Part shown: piece by piece, positions 35,701-48,035 of the stretch | Position numbering within the stretch: the stretch's first letter is position 1 | How the letters are laid out: each line of letters opens with the position of its first letter | From: Amphiscolops sp. MND2022 | Taxonomy: Eukaryota | DNA: 64,000 nucleotides | Direction of reading: 5' to 3' | Assembly: GCA_964187785.1 (NCBI GenBank) | Contig: OZ076409.1 | Span: 15,626,001 to 15,690,000 of the forward strand | Position numbers and translations under genes: made by a program | Notes under the pieces: model-generated | Told to the model about the DNA's origin: nothing | Databases searched by the model: none | What the model saw: only the letters and a program-made list of their open reading frames with translations

Positions 35701-35791
35701 AGCTACCTGTAGTTGATTGTACCGTTGCTTCATTGTACTTTGAGCCATTCACTGGGTTGTAGCAGAGATTCATCAAACTCTCGGTGTCCAT
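26717..35791 (-). CDS. rhodopsin-family (class A) GPCR, peptide-receptor-like, 4 exons, ~356 aa
   Basis: Exons 35791-35707, 34999-34664, 29137-28647, 26875-26717 join in phase with GT-AG (1071 nt). N-glyc site NGS, TM1 GLISN, TM2 LAVAD, TM3 C...FDRV, TM5-6, TM7 LNHSVNFFSY, helix 8 FRKQF. Confidence 0.88.
29593..29864 (+). repeat. 5' LTR
   Basis: TG...CA, near-identical to 34218-34490. Confidence 0.93.
29864..30541 (+). pseudogene. Gypsy gag (truncated)
   Basis: RFKF..RKQKEGES...LAAKCNFG retrotransposon gag motif. Confidence 0.85.
30538..34133 (+). pseudogene. Gypsy pol (protease remnant, RT, RNase H, integrase) with stops and frameshifts
   Basis: RT ALDARALN, FLDDILI; RNase H CDASKAGLGAVL, ELELLA, ADYLSR; integrase H-H-CPEC, EFAGP, VER; catalytic Asps appear as E and N. 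Confidence 0.92.
34218..34490 (+). repeat. 3' LTR
   Basis: Follows the PPT; starts TA instead of TG; followed by TSD. Confidence 0.93.
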
Positions 35792-36149
35792 TCCTGGAAA
35801 TGTTCGATTTGGATTTACTTATTTTAGTTTAGTCTAAAATCCAACTATTCGAATATGACCTAATTAGACATTTGGTTTGCAACTTTGCCTAACAAAGTCT
35901 TTATGTGTCTCTACGTCTTCTGAGTTCAGAGAGTGGACATTGCTTCGACAGAAAAGTTTACTTTATAAAACAGAATCGAATTACTTTGAGTCCGATATTC
36001 AACAATACGACTTTTAAGCATATATGTAATAATACGGAAGAAACGACTGACACAATAATCCAACTGAATAAAAATACTCAATCACAAATATCAGAGTTAG
36101 ATAGCATTGAAGAAGAGAGAAGAGAAGAAGAATTGAATTATTTTTGTTG

Positions 36150-39100
36150 CCCAAGGGCGTACAAACAACAACTGAGGGTTGATATCAGTAATAGAGCACC
36201 GAGTACTTATCGAATGCAAAAATTTAGCAAAGTTTTTTGCTAAATTTTCATCAGTTTCATTCATCAGCTGGTCATATTTGATGTCATTTGGGTAGTTATA
36301 GTAATATTCAGGTAAAAGTTCTTTACGCTTATCGTCAAAGCTCTCGCATTTCAAAACCAGATGATACTCACCGGGTTTACATCGAGTCTCACAAAAGGGA
36401 CAGGACTCTACTGGACAGTTCAGGAATTTCGATTTTACCAGGCAGCACACCTAAAGTTTGTTAGTTCAAATAGGGTTCAAACACAAGTCCGTGTTTATAT
36501 AGACGGTACTTATCGCATAGAGAGTTGCTTTGAAGCATAATCTGCCAAGTCTGAAAAGCTAGATCTTGACATTTTGCTTTGATGAACTTTTCAAATTCAT
36601 AATTGGATACTAGACCGACAAATTCTTCCGCCAAAGGGATTCAACAGATTATCAGAATCTGTTTAGTTCCCAAATGCCATTGCGTGGCTTCATTTCTATA
36701 ATGTAGCCAACGAAAAACAACGCATTACAGTTTATCGGGCGATGTGGTAACTTTTTTCCAGAAATTTATCATTCGTTTCCATACAGTAAAATTAGTTTCG
36801 TGGCGTCCCACTTCTACGTACACAATAGCCTTGGGCGCGCTCTTTCTACGTAGTTCTAACATCCGTCTCAAAAACTTTCAGTGGAACACTTCAATGTGCT
36901 CAATGTTTTCGTAACCCCACAGTTCACAACTGTATAGCAAAATTGGCAGTATCAGGCTGTCAAAGAGATGAAGCCTTATTCTCACTTGTAGATCCCCTTT
37001 ACTGAAAAGAATGTCAATTTTGAACAGAGCTTTTTTCGCCTTGTCAATATTATGCTTCATCGCGGCTTGAAAGTTGTTATTATATCTAAAAACAATCCTT
37101 AGGTAACAAAAAGTATCCACTCGTTCGATTGCTTGGCCGTGTACAGTGATAGCTTGATGCTTCCGGATTTTGCCTCGCTTTGCCAGTATTTATACACATG
37201 TTGTTCATCTCGCAGTACCTTAAAATTGCATTAATAGCGTTTTGCATATCATCAGTAGTTTCATTAAAAAGTAGGGTGTCGTCTGCATACAAAAGCAGGC
37301 AGAGTTTCAAAAAAACCTGCATATCCATTTCATCATAATCGAGACTTATACATGTGAACTTGGAGCAAACTATTCCTGAAAGTCGTTCATGAAAATGATG
37401 AAAAGCAGAGGCAAAAAGTTATCACCGTGTTTGACTCCTACGCGAAATTCCAATACATCTGTTAAGGATCCGTTGATATCAACACAAGCTTTGGTTTTCC
37501 GGTAGAGTTTCTTCATAACTGATAACACTTTTCCATTGATATCATAGTGGCGAAGTTTTTTCCGGAGAAGGCAATGATCAACTCGGTCAAACGCCTTCTC
37601 ATAGTAAACAAAAATCACAAAGTCATTTCTTTTCGGCTAGATAAGTCGATATTATAGCATATAGGACTAAGGCATGATCGCTGCAGCTCATATTTTTTCT
37701 AAAACCAGCTTGTTCTTGTCCTAAAATCTGTTTATTTTCCAACTCCTTTTCAATTTTTTCAGTGATAAGGGAAGTGAAAGGCTTACACAAACAGCTGGCA
37801 AGGGAAATACCTCTATAATTATCTTTCTTGTCTCCTTGTTTATAGAGAGGACGGTATATAGAGAGGGCCCAGTCATCCGGTACAACGCCACTTTCTAATA
37901 TCTTATTGAAAAATCGTGTTAGCAAAGTTATCACTTTTTCATGGGCATACTTCAAAAAATCTGGAAACACATCATCATGACCAGCTGATTTACCATTTCG
38001 CAATTTCTTCAGACAGGCAGTGACTTCTTCCACAGTGAAGTTTTTATTAATTTTGGGATTCGCAATGGTTTCACATGAAGGATAGTCTTGAATACTAAGG
38101 TGAGGGCTCGCGGCACTGTTGAGAGTTTTGAAGTGGTCAAAAATAACCGATTTTGCAATTGGTATTTTTCCATTATCCTGGTTAAAGCTTTTCAATAGAT
38201 TCCAATATACTTTTGGGTCTTTTATCTTTTTAGTTTGGAGTTCGGTACTAAACATCTCAGAAGCCAACAGTTGCCAGCGCTTCAGAAAACTTCTATAAAC
38301 TTTGAAACCTGATTTATGCTCCTCGTCATTATTGTCTCTTAGAGCGTTTCTTCGTATACGACGATCAATTGTTCGTTGCTCCTGACATTCCCAATCGAAC
38401 CAAAATTTTGCTCTTTCCTTTTCACTCTTTTTCACCTCATGCAGCGTACCTTGGCTGCACCACCTTGGTTGCGGAATCTTTAATGACCTGAACTATTTTG
38501 ACATTCGCTACATACAGAGTTTTTAGAGAACAAGGATCCTCCTGTTCCTCCTGTAAGCTATTTTCAAGTTCGATCAGCTCTTTCAAATTTATTTCCGAAG
38601 GGTAGAGTTCTTGCACTTCTCGGCTGCAATTTCTTTTTAGTTTTGGTACCACCACTGAATCGCCCGGCGGAGTTTCCGTCAACTCCGATAATTCTATTAC
38701 AACCAGACAATGCACATCAGATAGACATTCATCGAAGTTCCAAATAGTTATGTCTTTTATTAAATTCAAAGACGAACTATCTATTATGAAGTCATCAATC
38801 AGACGTTTACCATTGTGTGTTATACAGGTGATTTCTCCTATCCCTTTATCGGAACCAATCCTTCCGTTAACAAAACTCATTACTGTTGTGTTGCACAGAT
38901 CGAGCAGAAAACGGCCGTTCGTGTTGGTGATTTTCTCCCGGTTACCCCTGGAGGGAATTTTGTTGTGCTCGTTATCAAGCTCAACGAAATCCTCACTCAC
39001 CCCAGTACGTGCATTGAAGTCGCCTAAGAAGATGATATTAGTTTCACAGTTGTTAAAAGTCAAAACATCATTTCAGATTTTTTCGAAATTTTTAACATCC

Positions 39101-39430
39101 CAGTGCCTCGAACATTCACCAGGGACATAATATAATCCAAACCAGTAGTCAAAAGCATCTAGTTGTACACTGAGCCACAGTCCTAAATCAGTTTCAGTGA
39201 ACTGGTGTTTCACTGACTTGCGCACTATAAAAACTAGTCCTCTATATCCTTTCAGGTACAATTTATCTTTTCCTGTGAAGACTTCATGGGTATCGATATC
39301 GAGATCAAATGCATTGGAAAGTTATTCAGTAAGTCCTATTATGTCATGGCCATTGACTACGTGTTGGATTTCGCATATGTTAAGTTTGCTCTAATACCAC
39401 GGACATTCAGAAGAAGAGCACTGAGTCTCC
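36150..39430 (-). pseudogene. LINE ORF2 endonuclease-reverse transcriptase
   Basis: Fragments 39073-39261, 38437-39063, 37623-38435, 37370-37618, 37086-37328, 36878-37120, 36097-36450 in the expected domain order. Confidence 0.9.
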
Positions 39431-39450
39431 ATTTGAAGTTCGAGCTAAGT

Positions 39451-40443
39451 TTAGAGGGCGTTGATTGCTCTTCTTTGAACACTCTTTTCATTTGGGTAGA
39501 GTCCCATCCCAGTTTGCTTTTTCATCCAATACAGGGCTCTGGCTCTCTCTTTTGTTAGTTGCTCGCGGACAAAGACGTTGAAGTGATTCTTCGAAAATTT
39601 CGGTTCGTATATAAGGTTGTTAGTGTTCCGCGGAGTGAATTTTGCTATTATGGGTCTGGGTTCATCTGATCTTTGGTTCCGCGTGAGCAGTCGGTGGCTA
39701 ACAAACATCACCGTGCATGATTTTCACCCCCATTGCGAAAGCAGTTTGAATAAGTTTGTCGACGCAGTCTTCATTTTCACATTCTGTTAGACTGAAGAAA
39801 TACGCAATCCCGTCTGTTGTATTGCTCAATACTCTCTAATCTGCACTCAGTTGAAAAGCAGGGCACTGGCTCATTGTGTTCACTAGTCAGAGGATCTGCG
39901 GTGCCAGGAAAAGTTTTGTTTGAAATTTTTTTTCAAGAGCGAGTCAAGTTTTTCGGAGAGAAGATCTGTATAATCCCAGTTTTTTAGTGCGTTGACTTCA
40001 CTTTGCAACTGCTGATTTGCCACCATCAACCTGTCAAGGTTTGCTTCCGTTCGCGACAAGCTGTCGGCAGAGCAGCTGGCATTAGTCTTCAGGGTAGCTA
40101 TTTTGTCTTCAAGAACTTCCTGACTGGTTTTGAGATCTTTAGTTGACTGGCATATACTTGTTAGTTCCAATTGAATACTGTCGTTTCTTTCACCAATTGA
40201 AGTGGGCTTCTCTTTGATACTGTAGAGGTTTGTCTCATTGCAAGTATACAGCTTAGCAAACTGATCTTCGATGTTTTTGATAACAGCTTCATGAACACTT
40301 GCTTTCAGTGAAGGGAGAACAGTGTCTGCCAGTTCTTTGAAGTTGAGACCTGACATCGCAAGGGCGTTTCTCGAGGACGCTGATGAGCGGGAAGCGATTT
40401 TTGTAACAATGGGTGATTTTTTCTGGTTCTGAGATCTGAACAT
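39451..40443 (-). pseudogene. LINE ORF1 (coiled coil + RRM-like)
   Basis: Heptad-rich 39883-40443, then PRPIIAKF motif in 39451-39711, directly upstream of ORF2. Confidence 0.7.
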
Positions 40444-40454
40444 TTTGTCCGATA

Positions 40455-40637
40455 TGGACTAAGCCAAGTTTTCTAACACGGCAAGCCTGCAAGAAATGAA
40501 TCTCCGAAGGCCAGACCGTATCGGAAAAACCAACTATTAACCTATAGACCAGGCTGAGTTTCCTAACACGGCAAGCCAGCAAGACAAAAATCTCCGAAGG
40601 CTAGACCGTATCAGACAAACCTACTACTAACCTATTG
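40455..40637. repeat. ~90-bp diverged tandem duplication upstream of LINE ORF1
   Basis: CTAACACGGCAAGCC...TCTCCGAAGG..AGACCGTATC...TAACCTAT present twice. Confidence 0.8.
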
Positions 40638-42584
40638 GTCCCCTGCTCGTTGTCTCGTTCTTCTTTCCTTTTGAGATAGTCGTACCTTTTTTGTTCTTGT
40701 ATTCCGCGTTATACTTTTCAGGTCAGCAGCGTTCTTCAGGACAATGTTCAGTTTCAGTGATTAAGGTTTCAAGAGTGAACTCTGGAGGATGACTGAATAC
40801 TTGAATCCAAAGACGTTATCTTTTTGTTTACGCTTGGAGTCCAGATACTTCTTCACGCTGATGACAGGGATGCCCGCCTTTTTTGATATCGTGATATGCG
40901 TCAGGAGTCCCATCCCGTTGAAAATATACAATTGCGCTGACCTTATTGCTGATTGTTTTCAGAGTTTCGACTAACGCTTGACTTGCTTGATACTGCTGGT
41001 GTCTTCTTGAATGGATGGTCGGAGAGAGTGGTAATAATTATATCATGCCAGATCATTAGATTTCCTCATCTGGCAAACATTCCTGTCAGAAGATTTTGCA
41101 GGCTTTCTAGGTAATCATCCGATTTGGATAAGATTGTTGTTTTAAACTCAAACGTGGAATTACAGTAACAACCAGTAAGTAAGACCTTCTGTTCTGCTGT
41201 TCTGGTGCTTCAATGCTTTCAGTGTCTTTGACAGAGAGCTCGCGCCCACCACGTGAATCATAGGGGATATCTGTCGCAGGAGGACTTTTGCAGAGCTTCG
41301 GTTGTTTGATGACTTCTGCGTCAATCACAGTCCCTATCTACACTCTCAGTTGATTTTGCTGATCGCAGGACTCTCTGAAATCCCGAGGGCTACCCAATCG
41401 TCGCATTATGCCGGCACACTATCCGCTCCGAAACGACCATATTAAACAGCAGTTTCACCTGCAAATGCTGTTTAATAAGTTTATCACAACAATTAGGCAA
41501 TTGAATGAACACATACTTCAAAGTATAATTTTCTGTTAATCCAGTAAGTTTGTTTTAAGTGATACGAAGTATACGTTGTTTTCGTGATCATATACGTTCA
41601 ACAATAGTTAAGACTGTATATACTTACGTGTTCAGGATTTTAAGGCTATTCAGACAAGATAGTCGTCCCCAACAAGAGTAAATGAAAATAGTGACTTTTT
41701 GACATTTGTAAGGTGGCAAGGTTGTCACAATCTCTAGCTTATATGAAGCTGAAAACTGTAAGTATGAATTTAAAGCTTGTATTATCAGCCGCTGATAGAT
41801 CAGTGACAGAATTGTCTAATGTCAGGACTTTTATGAAGTCCTTCAATACTCTTAGCTAAGTGAGCTAAGGATCCTAATAACGAGTTTAGCTATGTCGAAT
41901 GGGCAGCTTCAAAAAAGCCTGATGCTTGGTAAAGGTCGAGAGGCAATGTCTAAGTTAGTTAAATTAACCTAATGTGGAATAGCCTAGCAATCTGCTAAGT
42001 CCAAACAAAATAGCGTTTTCAGTTTTGTATAAATATCAAAATTGAGAGAATGGTTTAGACAGGCAGCTTAGCTCAAAACAAAATAACTACAAGTCATACA
42101 CCTATAGAAAATATCGCTCTTAAATTGTTCTGTAACTTTTGTAAACTGAGAGTTGCAAGACAGAAAAGATAGTTTTTAAAAAGAGTTTTGTAAGCTGAGA
42201 TTTTAGTGAAAATGAAAAAATACCAGATTGTTGAAGTTTGATGAAAAGAGAAAAGCAGCAAGAAAGGTTCTTTGGTATTTCCAAAACAATTTTTTGGAAA
42301 AATGATTTTTTTCTGAGTGAGAATATTTGTGAAGCAGAAGCTGATGTTTCAACCAGAATCAGGGTTTTCAATCAAACTATCGAAGGCATTTTGTTGGGTT
42401 CGAACCGATGTTGTCATCAATCCCATCCGTATAAACCTTTGAATCGACTGGTCGGCCGGACCAAATCGTTAATATTTTGTTAGTCAGCTGAAGTGGCAAA
42501 TTAAGTCGGATGGCAACTTTGGAATCGTATTTATCATATTCGGGAAAATGGTTTCAGGTGGAAGGTACTGTATTCGCTTCAATA

Positions 42585-42958
42585 CAGTGTAGGACGTTGA
42601 AACTTTGCAAAACGACATTGAATTATGTTTTCAAAATCAGTCTGTTTTATCAATCTTGATTCTAATTGGCTAATTCCAAAAATTAGACAATCAATTTTAA
42701 CAAAATAGACATTCAAAATTAGCACATGCTACTGTCATGCTATTGGATAGGTAGAAAGATTGAAAATGCTGCTCCGCATAGCTGCTCAAACTTTCAATCT
42801 TAATTACCAGCGGTATGCGATTAGCGGTTTGCTGAGGAAATACTAAAATTGAATGTCGATTTGGGAAATTTGAATGTCTATTTAGAAAATTTAATCTTTC
42901 ATCTGATTGGTTCAGGGATTTTGAATGTCGTTTTGCAAATTTTCAGCGTCCTACACTG
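42585..42958. mobile_element. Tc1/mariner-type MITE, TA TSD
   Basis: TA-CAGTGTAGGACG...CGTCCTACACTG-TA with ~40-bp TIR. Confidence 0.85.
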
Positions 42959-43190
42959 TATTTTAAATTCGTGAATCGAGAACCTCTGGCCGAACAAGGG
43001 GTTTTTTAAATTTCGCAATTAAAGAAACTGCAAACGTGGCACCAATTGAATTTTAAAGGAGAATCGTGCTTCACAAATGACGCACAGCTTTAACTTTATT
43101 TACATTTAATTACCGCCAAGCGTAGCCACCGTGGCCATGAAAATTGTAAAGAATGCGCTTGGGAGTTTTTGAAAAATGAATGGGATTTAT

Positions 43191-43735
43191 GGCACCACGA
43201 CAATTCGTACAAACGACGTTTCGTACAATAGCCAAAAACCCGACATTTCGTACACGGACAATTGGTACAAAAATGAAACCGGACATTTCGTACAAAAGAC
43301 ATTTCGTACAAAATTAAATTGAACAGATTTGCAAAATAGGTCTCAAACATCAGAATTACTAGCTTTCGGTGCTGTTACAGCCAATATGTATGAAACTTGA
43401 TTGAATTAAAGAGGTTAGCATATATGTTGTATGGCTCGGTCGCTTCGCTCCCTTCGCCAAGTAGCAACATTGAGTCATGGCCAAATGGCACGTCGCTCCG
43501 CTTCGCTTCGCTCCTGCATTTAGGGCACTAGGGTTATGTGAACATAGCTGACTACGTTATAATAAAAAGTTGTATAATATAAGTTGCACGAAATGTCGGG
43601 TTTCATTTTTGTACGAAATGTCTGGTTTCCTTTTTGTACGAAATGTCTGGTTTCGCTTTTGTACGAAATGTCTGGTTTTGGTTTTTGTACGAGATGTGTG
43701 TACGAAATGTCGTGTGTAGGGATTGTCGTGCCCCC
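43191..43735. mobile_element. MITE with repeat-built TIRs and 8-bp TSD GGATTTAT
   Basis: GACATTTCGTACA units inverted at both ends; TSD 43183-43190 and 43736-43743. Confidence 0.85.
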
Positions 43736-44917
43736 GGATTTATATAGCTTTATATATGATATTTTTGAAATTGCATACATTTTCAGGTTTGTCTTGATTG
43801 TGTTAAACTTAACACCTGGTATAATGGAAAGTTATTAGCGGATATTCGTGGATCACAAAGAATGAAACTATCAGAACGTCAACAGAATTCGTTGACTCTT
43901 CAAGTTTTGCGTACTGATTTTGGTTTTTGAACGTGTGTCATACCCTTGCTTATCATACCCAGCAAAGTCTTCCCCTCATAATTTGCAGAGATGTCGCTCT
44001 TGGAATTTGCAGATCTAAGGCTGCTGACCAATTTTAAAATTTTAACGAAAAAGAAAATGGAAAACGGAAAATGATATTTATAACGGAATCCGTTAACGGA
44101 TTTGTAGAACTGGTCAGCACTGGTCTCTAATCTCTTCAAGCTGTTTAGATATGTTTTGATTGGGTTCACACGTGAGAAATTTAATCTCTGGAGTTCTGGT
44201 GTCGGTATCATTTTCACTGATTGTGTTTTCAACAGTATCTGCTACAGACCTCAGTTCATCGCTCCGAGAATTCACGTCATTTTAAAAAAAGTATTCGATA
44301 CTAGATCACTGTTGAGTCCTTTTTCTGGCCATTTTGACAAGCTTCTCTACTTCAACGTCATTTTTTTTTCGGAATATGACATTGTCAGACCAGCGGTAAT
44401 TTTACATTCACAGCGTTTGTCTTTCTAGGGACGGCATTTCTGGAATGAATCAGGTATCGTCACAACAGTTTGATTTATAATGATTGATGTGTTTACATCG
44501 GACTAGGAAAGCCGTGTGTCAAATTTACAAGTTCAAGGGTTCAAATACTCCTTTTATTGACATGACATGCGTTTTTCATGCGCCATAGACTGGAAATAGC
44601 AGTCATCAAATTACCGGTGAACACAAAGAAACGCAACGTACAAAAATTTTCGATCTCTCAAAGTTTCAAATTTTTATCAACAAAAAATTCAAAACATCTT
44701 TGAACGCTGCAAACAATCTTTCAAGTTTGCAACTTTTCTTCGAAGCGAAAGAACTTTCACACATTAAAAGAGGGAACCAAGTGACTGGTCAAGACGTCTA
44801 GACTTTTTATGATGGTTCGAACCATCCTGAGTTGAAGATGGGATTACGTAACAGCAGCTTCATTCTAAATGACTGACACAAAAAATTGAACGATTTTCAG
44901 TTTCTTGCTTACAAATA

Positions 44918-45645
44918 AGTAGTTAGCGAAATGCCGTTATAGGCCAAGCAACCAAAAAATTTCAAATCCCCAATACCCCCCTTTAGAGGCCCAACCAACA
45001 AAATTCAAAACAAATCAATAAAATTAGGCCGATTCGGGTCAAGCAACAAAAAATTTCAGAAGACCCAACCCCCCCCCTTTTAGAGGCATTTTTCCAAAAA
45101 CGAATCAACAAATTGGTGTTTTTACCAATGCAATGTAAAAGCAATGTAATATAAACAACTGGCGTGGACATAAATTTAGTTCCAATGGCTCAGTGGTTAG
45201 ACCACTAGAATTTTACGTTCGCGCAGCTTCACACGTGTTCGAGTCCGCGACAAAGCATATTTTAATTTAGCCATTAGTGGAGGGGGGTATATAAGGAAGA
45301 TAGTATATTATTTTTACTGAAAAGTTACTCATTGCTTAAAAGGATTTGTCATCCTTTCCTCCGCTTTCGAGCAGTATTGGCAATAGTAACGTGAGCTTTA
45401 CCAGGACACACTTTCGGGAGGGGAAAAGATTGTGTGTTACATAAACTGGAGCTCTATAGTGAATTAACCAGTGCGAGGTAAAATCCTGTGTAGTTAATTT
45501 GCGAGCAGTGGACAATTGTAGCACATGGAAAATAGTGTCGGTCGACGGAAGCCGCGTTAAGCTTTTGCGTTAAGCTTTCGCGTTAAGCTTTTTCGTTGGG
45601 CTTTTGCCTTAAGATAAGTTGCCTAATACCTCAACGGGAAACGAT
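44918..45645 (+). repeat. Polinton left TIR
   Basis: Reverse complement of ~58349-59042; 13-bp GCGTTAAGCTTTT repeats at the inner end; left copy has ~20 extra nt near the tip. Confidence 0.93.
45178..45263 (+). ncRNA. putative tRNA-like RNA polymerase III unit in left TIR
   Basis: A box TGGCTCAGTGG 45186-45196, B box GTTCGAGTCC 45237-45246, TTTT 45260-45263; no clean cloverleaf. Confidence 0.45.
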
Positions 45646-45727
45646 GTTTGAGAAAAACGTCAGAAACAAAAGTTATAGAGTATTCACACATAACAATGAA
45701 AAAACACTAATAAATGAATTATGTGTC

Positions 45728-46149
45728 ATGTCAATACCTCTCATTCAAAGAATTTGTTGAAAAATACAGACTAAAAAACGAAGCAACTTCTAATGTAAAA
45801 ATAAAAGAAATATGCTTCGCGCCTCCAGTGAATTAGGCGCTGCTTCGCACACAGCGTGTGGAATATACATCAGAGATGATAAGTTTACCACTCCTTCAGG
45901 TCTAGTTAACTTACATCGAACTGAAGGAACACATTGGGTCATGTTTGTTAACGAGTTCTATTTTGATTCATATGGATGACCTCCAACTAATGTACTTAAT
46001 CACATTAAAAAAGGTATCTATTCAGAATATCAATTTCAGACCGACGACAGTTATTGTGCAGCGTATTGTTTATATGTTTTATATCTCACAAAAATTATAG
46101 GCTTCAAAAATGCAGTACTAAATTTACACTATCAAACTTTCAAACCTAA
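45728..46149 (+). pseudogene. Polinton adenain-like cysteine protease
   Basis: Manual translation: GLVNLHRTEGTHWVMF..FYFDSYG*PP...YQFQTDDSYCAAYCLY (His, Asp, Gln, Cys motifs); internal stop; not in the ORF track. Confidence 0.85.
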
Positions 46150-46353
46150 TGAATGAAGAAAATTAATAATTATTCAGTTCAATATAAAATTATACATTTT
46201 CATAGAAATAATCCGAATCCGCGTAGCTTCGCGAATAAAAACCCCGAAGGCGAAAGCTGGCGCGCTTCGCATAAAAAAATATTATCAAAAGATAGGCAAG
46301 AATTCATAAATAACATAGCTGCTAGTGGATTCAAACAATTTAATCTATAATAA

Positions 46354-47411
46354 ATGGATCTATCAACCTTGGTATTTATTGATAAAAAAGAATATCTTCT
46401 TTTAAGTATTGCAAAATCTAATCAAGAAAATGTTAAAAATACTTATTCTAAACCACAAAAAACTCTAGAATTTAAAATGACCAAACAAAAAGAATTTTTC
46501 TCATTTGATGTTCCTCTCAATCTAGAAGAAAAGTCGATGATGGGGGTAACAAGTTTAGAAGTATACAACACCGTATATAATTTTACTGAAAAGAATAACA
46601 AATACAAAATCTTCTCAATTATGAACAACTCGATGAACTTTAGTTTGACACTGAAGTGGTGCCGAATATAAGAACTATATGAAATTTATGATTTAGAAAG
46701 TAATAAACTTTACTATGAATATATAGAAAAAGCTAATATATTTTCAACTACTAGTTCTAAAAAAAGAAGAAACTTCCAAAAAAAGGTTTTGACTATTTAA
46801 AGCAAATAAAGAGCAACACTGCTATAACTATTCCAAACTTTGAAATTGAGAATAAGTTAATTGAAATACAGTTAGTACCAGGTGTATACGAACTGATTGA
46901 AATAAACAATGCCATTAAGCAAATAATCTATGATTCGGATTATGACTTAGTTGACAAATCAAAATTCAGAAAAGATCTTGCAGTTTTTAGTTTTGAATTC
47001 AACATAATACCCGACACAATATCAATGAAATCAGTTTTAAAAACCTCAAATCCGATTAATTTTAACTCCGAATTTAACAAAGTCTTGGGATTTACAAACA
47101 AGGATTACCAAGCAGGAACTCACACTTGATAAAAACCAGTTATGATAACAACCACAGACAAAGTTCATCTGAAGTCTGACTGCGTAGATGGTTCAATTGT
47201 TAATGGTATACGAGAACAAATTCTATTTTCATTTAATTTAAGCGCACCTCCCGGATATAAAATAATAAAAGAACCCACAACTGTTTTGTATAAAAAGATA
47301 AACAAAACACGACTGGACACCATCCAATTTTTCCTTGAAGACTCCAACCACGACAGAGTTGATTTCAACTGGGAGACATTAACATTTACCAAGTTGATTC
47401 TAGTATTGTAA
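46354..47411 (+). pseudogene. Polinton minor capsid (penton-like) protein, frameshifted
   Basis: PLNLE..MGVTSLEVYNTVYN start and VHLKSDCVDGSIVNG...LFSF...PGYKI...IQFFLED...VDFN end, typical of the Polinton penton (from recall). Confidence 0.7.
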
Positions 47412-47470
47412 AAATAATTTCCAATCTTCTTAATGACAAAAACAAAAGTCAGTTTAGTTTAGAACCAATT

Positions 47471-48035
47471 ATGGATAATCCAAATTTTTTCACGATTAAC
47501 CCCTCCTATCCACAACAAGTTTTAAATAAAAATTCTACACTAACCTTCTTGGGTAGTGGTAACATATATGATCTAAATGACCCAAGTCTTCAATATTTTA
47601 TAACTAATACAAAATTTGATAGAGAAAAAAATAACAAGAACATAATTTATAGTTTCCTAAATGATATGAATTATAACATGAAGTATGGGGATAAAAAATC
47701 AATGAGATATTATTTTATTAAAGATTTGCATATTCAATACTATCAATTGGGAAGCGGATTGCCGAGCTACGCGCGAAAGCTATCGCGAAAGCTATCGCGA
47801 AGCAGTTCACAGAGCTACGCGCAAAAGCTATCGCGAAGCCATGCAAGTCAGTCCGTCTTCCTCTCATCTGATCCAGACGAATTAAGGATCAATTAAAACT
47901 TCTTTCTTTTGAAAAATTAGGAGGAAATGACAACCCTCAACTCAATGAACAAATCGTAGCAATTGCAGATAAACTATTGGAGTATGAATGCATTACAACA
48001 AATCAACACCAAAACATGATCTCCTCAATTATTTA
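47471..48035 (+). pseudogene. Polinton hypothetical protein, frameshifted
   Basis: ORF 47471-47896 continues after a shift as LKLLSFEKLGGNDNPQLNEQIVAIADKLLEY. Confidence 0.5.

Larger units (their letters stand above)
36110..40640 (-). mobile_element. non-LTR retrotransposon (LINE; ORF1 + APE-RT-CCHC ORF2; RTE-X/CR1-like), decayed
   Basis: ORF1 coiled coil and RPIIAKF...VREQLT; APE NVRG and GDFNARTG; RT NYRGISL, QAGFR, KAFDRV, LYADD; C-terminal CPFC...HLVLKC; TTC-rich tail near 36110-36135. 5' limit uncertain. Confidence 0.88.

Noticed and set aside
43900..44470. Coding-looking minus-strand stretch before the Polinton
   Set aside because: Interrupted by stops and I cannot assign it; possibly a decayed transposon fragment.
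45178..45263. Functional tRNA gene in the TIR
   Set aside because: Acceptor and anticodon stems do not pair cleanly, so it is kept only as a Pol III-like unit.
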